From positions 268,894,001 through 268,958,000 of the forward strand of contig OZ024741.1 in assembly GCA_964016885.1 (NCBI GenBank): a DNA stretch of 64,000 nucleotides, in the 5' to 3' direction. The translations under genes were made by a program, and so were the position numbers. Below, one piece after another: positions 52,545 to 64,000 of the stretch. Within the stretch, counting starts at the first letter, position 1; each line of letters opens with the position of its first letter. The notes beneath the pieces were generated by a model. The model was not told the DNA's origin and did no database searches. It was given only the letters and a program-made list of their open reading frames with translations. Source of the DNA: Eledone cirrhosa (taxonomy: Eukaryota).

Positions 52545-53115
52545 GCTGAGCTCATCATCATACTCTCACAACAGTACAGTATCATAGTACACTCCAGCAC
52601 TATTACTCTTTGGTCTAATCTCACAGCAGAACAGTACCATATATCTGGTTTTGTGCAATCTTTCCAAATGTCTCCATTGAACAAAGATGACATTTGTCAT
52701 TGTCCTTCCTTATATCCTATTTGGTCTGCCTCATCGCTTCACTAATAATATGAGCCTGGATTATATAGTGTTCAGATGCTGAGAACCCCAAATATATACT
52801 GCCTCATAGTCCCAGCAGACAGAATTGAGAAAGCTTTGCCTTGGAAAATAGTGAGGGATATGCGTTGAAATGGACATTTCAATTCACAGAGCATTCTCAT
52901 GTGGGTGGCCAACACTGCCCTGATAGCAGTGAGTAATGAGGTTCTATGAGGGACCAAGAATGCTGGAAATCTCCTCCGACAGCACTTCTTCTCCGGAATG
53001 TGTACATCAAGGATTATTTTTTCCATTCCATCATTTTTTATCAGATGGTCTAAACATGCTGTCTTCTGTTTCTTCACGTTCAATAGCCAATTGTTAGGAA
53101 TATACAGCTTCTCTC
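52545..53115 (-). mobile_element. Decayed RTE fragments around a CRE-like 3' remnant (52800-52960)
   Basis: RTE-like ILYCCES and LLNVKKQK..DHLIKNDGMEKIIL. FQRISLTIFQGKAFSILSAG is homologous to 41590-41720. Confidence 0.55.
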
Positions 53116-53280
53116 TGATGTGATCATTAGTGCAACACCTCACCCAGTATATATCATCACATCACCCAGTACTCTTCATCACTTCATCCACTACTCTTCA
53201 TCACATCATCCAGTTACCTCATGCATTTGTTACAATTAAGATGTAGACTCTTTGGTAGTACATATTGTAGAAAGCAAATA

Positions 53281-56200
53281 CTACTATAGACATTACTATA
53301 TAGACTGGTATAGACATTATTATATAGACTACTATAGACATTACTGTATAGACTACTATAGACATTACTATATAGACTACTATAGACATTACTATATAGA
53401 CTGGTATAGACATCACTATATAGACTACTATAGACATTACTATATAGACTACTATAGACATTACTGTATAGACTACTATAGACATTACTGTATAGACTAC
53501 TATAGACATTACTATATAGACTGGTATAGACATCACTATATAGACTACTATAGACATTACTGTATAGACTACTATAGACATTACTGTATAGACTACTATA
53601 GACATTACTATATAGACTACTATAGACATTACTATATAGACTACTATAGACATTACTGTATAGATTACTATAGACATTACTGTATAGACTACTATAGACA
53701 TTACTATATAGACTACTATAGACATTACTATATAGACTACTATAGACATTACTGTATAGACTACTATAGACATTACTGTATAGACTACTATAGACATTCA
53801 TTACTGTATAGACTACTATAGACATTACTATATAGACTGGTATAGACATTACTATATAGACTACGATAGACATTACTATATAGACTACTATAGACATTAC
53901 TATATAGACTACTATAGACATTACTATATAGACTACTATAGACATTACTATATAGACTACTATAGACATTACTATATAGACTACTATAGACATTACTGTA
54001 TAGACTACTATAGACATTACTATATAGACTACTATAGACATTACTATATAGACTACTATAGACATTACTATATAGACTACTATAGACATTACTGTATAGA
54101 CTACTATAGACATTACTATATAGACTACTATAGACATTACTATATAGACTACGACAGACATCACTATAGAGATTACTATAGACATTACTATATAGACTAC
54201 TATAGACTACTATAGACATTACTGTATAGACTACTATAGACATTACTATATAGACTACTATAGACATTACTATATAGACTGGTATAGACATTACTATATA
54301 GACTACTATAGACATTACTGTATAGACTACTATAGACATTACTGTATAGACTGGTATAGACATTACTATATAGACTACTATAGACATTACTATATAGACT
54401 ACTATAGACATTACCATATAGACTACTATAGACATTACTATATAGACTACTATAGACATTACTATATAGACTACTATAGACATTACTGTATAGACTACTA
54501 TAGACATTACTATATAGACTACTATAGACATTACTATATAGACTACTATAGATATTACTGTATAGACTACTATAGACATTACTATATAGACTACTATAGA
54601 TATTACTATATAGACTACTATAGACATTACTATATAGACTACTATAGATATTACTATATAGACTACTATAGACATTACTATATAGACTACTATAGACATT
54701 ACTGTATAGACTACTATAGACATTACTGTATAGACTGCGATAGACATTACTATATAGACTACTATAGATATTACTGTATAGACTACTATAGACATTACTA
54801 TATAGACTACTATAGACATTACTATATAGACTACTATAGACATTACTATATAGACTACTATAGACATTACTATATAGACTACTATAGACATTACTATATA
54901 GACTACTATAGACATTACTATATAGACTACTGTAGACATAACTATATACACTACTATAGACATTACTATATAGACTACTATAGACATTACCATATAGACT
55001 ACTATATAGACTGGTATAGACATTATTATATAGACTACTATAGACATTACTATATAGACTGGTATAGACATTACTATATAGACTACTATAGACGTTACTA
55101 TATAGACTACTATAGATATTACTGTATAGACTACTATAGACATTACTGTATAGACTACTATAGACATTACTATATAGACTACTGTAGACATAACTATATA
55201 CACTACTATAGACATTACTATATAGACTACTATAGACATTACCATATAGACTACTATATAGACTGGTATAGACATTATTATATAGACTACTATAGACATT
55301 ACTATATAGACTGGTATAGACATTACTATATAGACTACTATAGACGTTACTATATAGACTACTATAGACATTACTATATAGACTACTGTAGACATAACTA
55401 TATACACTACTATAGACATTACTATATAGACTACTATAGACATTACCATATAGACTACTATATAAACTGGTATAGACATTATTATATAGACTACTATAGA
55501 CATTACTATATAGACTGGTATAGACATTACTATATAGACTACTATAGACATTACCATATAGACTACTATAGACATTACTATATAGACTGGTATAGACATT
55601 ACTATATAGACTACTATAGACGTTACTATATAGACTACTATAGATATTACTGTATAGACTACTATAGACATTACTGTATAGACTACTATAGACATTACTA
55701 TATAGACTACTATAGATATTACTGTATAGCCTACTATAGACATTACTGTATAGACTACTATAGACATTACTATATAGACTACTATAGACATTACTGTATA
55801 GACTGGTATAGACATTACTATATAGACTACTATAGACATCACTATATAGACTACTATAGACATTACTATATAGACTACTATAGACATTACTGTATAGACT
55901 ACTATAGACATTACCATATAGACTACTATAGACATTACTGTATAGACTACTATAGACATTACTGTATAGACTGGTATAGATATTACTGTATAAACTACTA
56001 TAGACATCACTATATAGACTACTATAGACATAACTGTATAGACTACTATAGACATTACTGTATAGACTACTATAGACATTACTATATAGACTACTATAGA
56101 CATTACTGTATAGACTGGTATAGACATTACTGTATAGACTACTATAGACATTACTATATAGACTACTATAGACATTACTGTATAGACTACTATAGACATT

Positions 56201-57256
56201 ACTGTATAGACTACTATAGACATTACTATATAGACTACTATAGACATTACTGTATAGACTGGTATAGACATTACTATATAGACTACTATAGACATCACTA
56301 TATAGACTACTATAGACATTACTATATAGACTACTATAGACATTACTGTATAGACTACTATAGACATTACTATATAGACTACTATAGACATTACTATATA
56401 GACTACTATAGACATTACTATATAGACTACTATAGACATTACTATATAGACTACTATAGACATTACTGTATAGACTACTATAGACATTACTGTATAGACT
56501 ACTATAGGAATTACTGTATAGACTGGTATTGACATTACTATATAGACTACTATAGACATTACTATATAGACTACTATAGACATTACTGTATAGACTACTA
56601 TAGACATTACTATATAGACTACTATAGACATTACTATATAGACTACTATAGACATTACTGTATAGACTGGTATAGACATTACTATATAGACTACTATAGA
56701 CATTACTATATAGACTACTATAGACATTACCATATAGACTACTATAGACATTACTATATAGACTGGTATAGATATTACTGTATAGACTACTATAGACATC
56801 ACTATATAGACTGGTATAGACATTACTGTAAAGACTACTATAGACATTACTATGTAGACATTACTATTTAAGACTACTATAGACATTACTATATAGACTA
56901 CTAAAGACATTACTGTATAGACTACTATAGACATTACTATATAGACTACTATAGATATTCCTATATAGACTACTATAGACATTACTGTATAGACTAGTAA
57001 AGACATTACTGTATAGACTACTATAGACATTACTATATAGACTACTATAGATATTACTATATAGGCTGATATAGACTTACTTTATAGTCAACTATAGACG
57101 TGACTATATAGACTGATAAAGACATTACTGTATAGACTACTATAGACATTACTATATAGACTACTATAGATATTACTATATAGGCTGACATAGACTTACT
57201 TTATAGTCAACTATAGACGTGACTATATAGACTGATAAAGACATTACTATATAGAC
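53281..57256. repeat. 24-bp satellite, about 165 copies (~4 kb)
   Basis: Unit gactactatagacattactatata (10+14 subunits), with variants gactggtata and actgtata. Confidence 0.98.
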
Positions 57257-59298
57257 AGGTATATTGTTTTTGTTAGCACATATTCTAAGAAGCAAGGTCT
57301 TTTTATCCATCTGCTTTATGCAAGACCCAGGCCGGAAATATAATTGCTGATATTGAGAATATGTAGACTGTATGGACATTCCCTCGGTTTCACTTTTCCT
57401 TGACCCCAGCTCTTTTATGTTGCTTATGGCTTTTAGTCTCACAATATAACTATGTGTGATTTGTTTGCTATTCTTACTATCGCTTGGAATTTGAACTCCA
57501 AGATTTGTGAAGGTACGTGGCTGATTGGTTAGATAATTGGATTCACAATTGTGAAGTTGTGATTTCGATTCTCAGACCGGGCGAAGCGTTATGTCCTTGG
57601 GCAATACACTTCATTTCATGTCGTTCCTTTTGCCTGGAGTTGTGACTGACAGATAGTATTAGCAATTGGAAAGACCAATGGAAACAGTGTTTCCTCGGTC
57701 CGATTTGACAAGCTCCATCCCACTTGTTAAGCAAATGGGGTCTGGGATCTTGTCGATCGACTATCGATATATGTGAAGTTGCTGCACTGTTTTTTTATAA
57801 ATATTTACATGATGTCTAGTGAGTGTTTACTGTGTACCTCGAAATGAATATTGTGGATGTATGTAAAGTTATTAACAGTTTCAAGGGGCATAAGCAGGGA
57901 AAGTAATGATTGTATAGATTCTTTTTTTATATTGTAGATGAATCTCTTTGAATTATATGCTACACTTAACTGTGTATCTGTGTATATAATATATACCTGT
58001 AATTAGTGATCTATGTGTGTGTATGTATATATCATCATCATCATCATCATCATCATCATTTTACTCCGCTTTTCCCTGCTTGCAAGGGTGTTGTAACTGT
58101 AACTGTATCTGGCGACCTGTGTGAGTATATATATATATATATGTGTGTGTGTGTGCTTATGCATACGTGTGTGTGTGTGTGTGCTTGTGTATACATGTGT
58201 GTGTGTGTGTGCTTGTGTATACATGTGTGTGTGTGTGCTTGTGTATACATATGTGTGTGTGTGTATATTCATTTTACGTCCACTTTTCCCTGCATTACGA
58301 TATTCTGTGGGTGGATGCATGAATGTTTGAGTTTACCTTGACCTTTATAAATTTTAATCTGCTGCTTCTCCTCATCCCCCCTCCCTTTCCCTCCTCAACC
58401 TTCACCCTTCTCTATTTAAATAGGAATCCTTAATATGGGAGGTTTTGTTCATAGAACCAGAAGCAGTTTTGGATGGGTTGGTATGAAAAGGGTTTTAAAA
58501 AATATCTTTTTAATGCATTTATTTATCTGTTTATCCTTTTATAATTTCCCTTATATTGTGACCCTGTAAAGAGATGTTCAAATTTAACTCTCTGTAATTA
58601 ATTATCATTCAAACCATCAAAAAGGTCTAAGCTTGACCATTGGGCATACATGTAATGAATAATATCTACTGGAAGGCCACTCAGCCAAAGGGTTGAGAGA
58701 ACTTTTCAGTTGTGTCAAAGATATGACAACCTCCTTAGAGCTGATATCATGATACAATGCCCCCAATGCACTTTGTACAGTGTGAGAATATATGTGAGAT
58801 GCAGCCTCGTGGTTCTGTGGTCATTGGTTCTGTGAAGGTACTGTTGTTTGTCTGCAACATCCTGTTCAACCCTTGCAAGCAGGCATAATGGATGTTAAAT
58901 GATGATGACTCTAATTTTTATTTTATTCACCTTAAGTAAGGCAATAAGGCCACTAAAATGCAACAGGTTACCAAGAAGAGAAAAGGACATTACGGAGAGA
59001 ACATAATCAAGGGGATCATGATGATTGATGTTGCATTCAAATTTTTGCAAATTCTAGTGGTCAGGAAAGCAAGAAGGCAGAAGAGAATTACATAGGCGAG
59101 ATCTGTGAAGGAAGAAACTATCAGAATAGAATTTATAATTACATCTTCAACTGTAAAGGCATGAGACCTAACTGCAAATCAAGTACTATGTTTCATTCAA
59201 GTATTGAGTACCACGTTGAATGATGATCTTATTAATCTTTTTAATTGCGATATTTTATATATTTCTATATAGTAATAATAATAAATTTGAAGACTAAA

Positions 59299-59342
<44 letters not shown>

Positions 59343-59482
59343 CTCTCTCTCTCTCTTTTTCCCTCACTCTCTCGGACATACACACACACACATATATATA
59401 TTTATATGTTAAAATATGTTAGTTAACACTGACACTATTGTATGCAGGATCAAGCACTCAACAATATATTTATATATATCAA

Positions 59483-59637
59483 CATCATCGTTTAACGTCT
59501 ATCTTCTGCGGTAGCTTGGGTTTAGACAGGAATTGTCCCACTTGAGGCAAGATTTGTCGGGGGACAGTGTCTCGCTCATATAGGACTGTCTGGCAGGTTT
59601 TGCTATGGCTGGAGGCCCTTCCTAACACCAACCACAT
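59483..59637 (-). mobile_element. Ceph-like domain plus RTE-type tail fragment
   Basis: Reverse complement of 60260-60415. Confidence 0.8.
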
Positions 59638-59643
59638 ATATAT

Positions 59644-59692
<49 letters not shown>

Positions 59693-59912
59693 ACATATAT
59701 ATATGTATATATGTATACATATATATATGTATATATGTATACATATATATATGTATATATGTATACATATATATATGTATATATGTATACATATATACAT
59801 GTATATATGTATACATATATATATGTATATATGTATACATATATATATGTATATATATATATACATATATATGTATATATATGTATAAGTGTATACATAT
59901 ATTTATATATAT

Positions 59913-59967
<55 letters not shown>

Positions 59968-60029
59968 CACACATATTTATATATGTATATATCTATATAT
60001 ATATACACACATACATATATATATATATA
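59637..60029. repeat. TA-derived 24-bp higher-order microsatellite and (CA)n
   Basis: (atatatgtatacatatatatatgt)n, about 7 units. Confidence 0.9.
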
Positions 60030-60184
60030 CAAAGGGAAACCTACAGTCAGTAGGCACCTCTTGACCAAATATACACCCCCAATCCACTAACCCTACTCCA
60101 TCCTGCCACTCCCACCAACACCACCCTTTCTCTGTAAAGTTGGTACCACAACATCCAGTCCAAATAAATGAGACAATGAGATTG

Positions 60185-60431
60185 AGATCGTGTAGGTGTC
60201 ACAACAAAAAACACACTCAGTCCACACTGTAATGTGGCTGTGTAGGTAACACGGTAAATGTGGTTTGTGTTAGGAAGGGCATCCAGGCGTAGAAAACCTG
60301 CCAGATAGTTCTATACGAGCGAGACACGGTCACCCGACCAACCTTGCCTCAAGTGGGACAACTCCTGTCTAACCCATGCTAGCGTGGAAGATGCATGTTA
60401 AACGATGATGATGAGGATACTGATGATGATG
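60185..60431 (+). mobile_element. Ceph-like domain plus family-B tail fragment
   Basis: 'gttaggaagggcatccagg..cctgtctaacccatgctagcgtggaagatg..gatgatg'. Confidence 0.8.
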
Positions 60432-60579
60432 GTATATATATATATATATATATATACATAAACACAGACACATATATATATATATACACATATATATACA
60501 CATATATATACACACACATATATATATATATATATACATATATATATTTACATATATATATATATAATTATACATATAC

Positions 60580-60620
<41 letters not shown>

Positions 60621-60623
<3 letters not shown>

Positions 60624-61803
60624 CTGGTGGACTCTTAGAAAACTAGGAGTAGATGAATGACTTGTTAAAGCTGTACAAGCCATGTATAGGGGAGCAGTCA
60701 GCAAAGTTAGGATTAGCAATGACTATAGCGAGGAATTTAGCATAGAGGTCGGTGTCCACCAGAGCTCTGTTCTTAGCCCTCTCCTGTTCATCATAGTTTT
60801 GTAGGCAATAATGGAGGAGTTTAAGACCGGATGCCCATGGGAACTGCTGTATGCAGATGACCTCACACCTATAGCTGAATCTATTGTAGAACTAGAGAAG
60901 AAATTCCAAACATGGAAGCAGAGACTAGAAAGAAGGGGTATCAAAGTCAACCTGACAAAGACTAAGGTCCTTGTAAGTAGACGAGAAAACAAAACCCAGA
61001 TCCCCTCAGGGAAATGGCCTTGCTCAGTATGTAGGAAAGGTGTAGGTAGAAACTCCATCCTCTGCTCCAAATGCAAACAATGGGTACACAAGAGAAGTAG
61101 TGGGATCTCAGGAAGCTTAACTAAGAATGTAGGCTTCACATATAGCAGCTGCGATGGGACAGCGAGCGGCAAACAGCCACAGGAAACAAGCACCACCAAA
61201 CTCTGGGAGGTCTCTGTAGAAACAGTAGTGACCAAATTAGCAGTGGAGGTGGGTGTTCGACAAGTACAATAACTAGGGTAAGACTGGGATGGAAGAAGTT
61301 CAGGGAGCTACTGCCGCTGCTAGCTGCAAAAGACTTTTCCCTCAAAATTTAGGGCAGACTGTATGATGCATGTATATGAACAGCAATGTTACATGGTAGT
61401 GAGGCCTGGGCGCTGTCTGAAGAAGACTTGCGTAGATTAGAAAGAAACGAAGGCAATGACACGACCGTAACCTCTGGCATCACACAATAATACAGTAGAC
61501 CCGAAACCCCCGAGGGTACAAGCCGAAGCTGAAGCATATAGACAATATGCCCCCAACCCCTCCCACTGCAAAGTGGTCGTGGAGGTGCCATGGCAAAAAA
61601 GCACCCAGCCCACACTGTAAAGTGGACGTGTAGGCGCCACGGAAAAAAAGCACCCAGCACTCGCTGTAAATGAGGTTGGTGTTAGGAAGGGCATCCAGCT
61701 GTAGAAATCAAGCCAGAATCAGTTCCCATATGTGCAAGACAGGACAACCCGTCTAACCGATGCTAGTGTGGAAGAATGGACGTAAAACAGTGATGATGAT
61801 GAT
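60621..61803 (+). mobile_element. RTE family B copy, 5'-truncated, with internal deletions and SINE-like 3' UTR
   Basis: [34 protein letters not shown] and GWKKFRELLP. The 3' UTR matches 21430-21745. (TA)n on both sides. Confidence 0.93.
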
Positions 61804-61955
61804 ATGAAGAGGTACATATATATACATATATATATACATATTTACATATATATATACATATATATATATATTCATATATACAGATATATATATACATATA
61901 TTTACATATATAAACATACATATATATATTTATATATATATATATATACACATAC

Positions 61956-61989
<34 letters not shown>

Positions 61990-61990
61990 G

Positions 61991-62125
61991 ATCATCATCA
62001 TCATCATCATTTTACGTCCGCTTTTCCCTGCTTGCAAGGGTATATATACATATATTTATATACATACATATATATATATACATATGTATACATACATTCG
62101 TATATATACATACATTCATATATAT

Positions 62126-62159
<34 letters not shown>

Positions 62160-62206
62160 TTAACCCATGCTAGCGTGGAAGATGGACGTTAAACGAAGAT
62201 GATGAT
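61991..62206. mobile_element. Two ultra-short RTE tails in TA repeats (A tail, minus, 61991-62041; B-type tail, plus, 62160-62206)
   Basis: (cat)n-tttacgtccgcttttccctgcttgcaagggt and taacccatgctagcgtggaagatggacgttaaacg..gatgat. Confidence 0.85.
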
Positions 62207-62324
62207 ATATATATATATACATATACATACACACATATATATATACATATATATATATATATACATATATATATTCACACATATATATATATAAATATAT
62301 ATATTCACACATATATATATATAA

Positions 62325-62873
<549 letters not shown>

Positions 62874-62911
62874 CCTCATTACACAATGCTTCAAGTGAAC
62901 TATAACTTCCT

Positions 62912-62970
<59 letters not shown>

Positions 62971-62994
62971 TATATGTTTATATATATATATATA

Positions 62995-63575
62995 ATAAAG
63001 TATTTACGTATCGAGAGATAGAAAAAAGGAAGGATAGGTGATACATGTAGTTATTTGCCAAATAGCGTATGCAAAAGGTGCTCAATACTAGTGCCGGCAG
63101 TATTAAATATTAGAAGTGTTAATATTTAGTGGGCGAGAGAGTTAGCAGAGCGTAAGCACGTAGAAAAGTAAGAAATCGGAGAAAAGACCGTTAATACATG
63201 TTTATTTAAAACAGCCCCTGCGTACATTTCGCCCAGTTGGGCTTGTCAAGGGCATAAATAACCAAAAGTGTTCCTTACAATGCTCGGAAAGTGTTTTGGG
63301 GATTAAGTTCACGTAATAATTCATTCTTCGCAAAAAAAGCGTGTTTTGATTTTGCAGTAGGTCAAGGGAGGTAACTCTGGCCAGTGTTAGGGCAGTCTTT
63401 CCCGGACAAATTTTTTATCCGTTACAAGATGTGGTTACAACCTTACCATTGTCGATATGCATAGGGTCAGGTAATCAACGATTATTTTGAGACATATGTT
63501 TTTCCGCACCTGCTCGCCTGGGTCGTTTGAAGCTGGGTCTGGGATGCATGGTTAGTTTCCTGGATCTTTTTTTGC
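62995..63575 (-). mobile_element. Inverted PLE 3'/pseudo-LTR segment with a non-canonical hammerhead-like motif (63214-63253)
   Basis: Minus strand: GCCC-TTGACAA-GCCCAacTGGGC-GAAA-TGTACG-CA-GGGGC, then AATAAA, a 'tattgagcacc' terminus motif and (TA)n. Confidence 0.6.
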
Positions 63576-63599
63576 AGTGCCTGCCTGCCGGGGTGTTAA

Positions 63600-64000
63600 A
63601 GCTTGTTGCAGGGAGACCCGGTTCTTCAAGTCATACGGCCTATCCGTAACTATGGACCTCAACCACCAGTTTGTCAACTTCCTGGACGTGACCCTGGAGT
63701 TCAGTACGGGCCTATACAAGCCATACCATAAGCCTGGAGAGTGCCTTTCTTATATTAATTATGCCTACAACCACCCTAAGCAGACTCTCAACTCCATAGT
63801 CTATAGCATCTCACATAGAATCTCGAGGCTCTCCGCCAATGAGGATATCTTCAACCAAGCGGCAGATTACTACAATAGGGCCCTGATAAGCGCTGGCTTT
63901 AACCGAGGAATTTCCTACATCCCTAACGCTAGCTCCAGAACCCCCCCCCCCCCATAAGACGAACGTTATAGTAAGCCATACCTATAACCGATCACGCGGC
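63600..64000 (+). mobile_element. Penelope-like element RT C-terminal/thumb region, 5'-truncated, runs off the window
   Basis: FKSYGLSVT..VNFLDVTL..GLYKPYHKP..YIN..NHPKQ..SISHRISRLSANEDIF..YYNRAL..AGF is a typical PLE (Naiad-like) RT end. Confidence 0.88.

Noticed and set aside
51555-52693. Three ~300-aa repeat ORFs
   Set aside because: A stop-free 25-bp unit opens all three minus frames, so this is a satellite artefact.
53788-57030. 1080-aa ORF of MSIVVYIV repeats
   Set aside because: It is a translation of a 24-bp satellite. The frame shifts within the array and there is no unique domain.

Overview
AT-rich, repeat-dense animal DNA, most likely an incirrate octopus. This is inferred from the (TA)n/(CA)n load, RTE LINEs with (GAT)n tails and cephalopod-type tRNA SINEs. 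Almost all tracked ORFs are microsatellite or satellite artefacts, or transposon remnants. One convincing host exon lies at 47751-48106 (+, Ser/Thr-rich N-terminus, gene not recognised), and a probable promoter/5'-exon zone lies at about 24-30 kb. The rest is RTE, R4/Dong, Tx1, CRE-like and Penelope-like (PLE) fragments, SINEs, TTAA MITEs, a Helitron and two large satellites. Main signals: (1) about a dozen hammerhead-ribozyme-like motifs in short, mostly (TA)n-embedded PLE-type termini, several as inverted pairs that mimic MITEs, including a three-copy family with a long branched stem II; (2) the ATG-bearing exon is bracketed by inverted repeats and, if back-spliced, gives a 119-aa ORF whose stop overlaps its own start; (3) modular swapping of 3' ends between RTE LINEs and SINEs; (4) a 25-bp satellite that arose inside a MITE. 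Everything was read by eye, so family names and boundaries need database checks.
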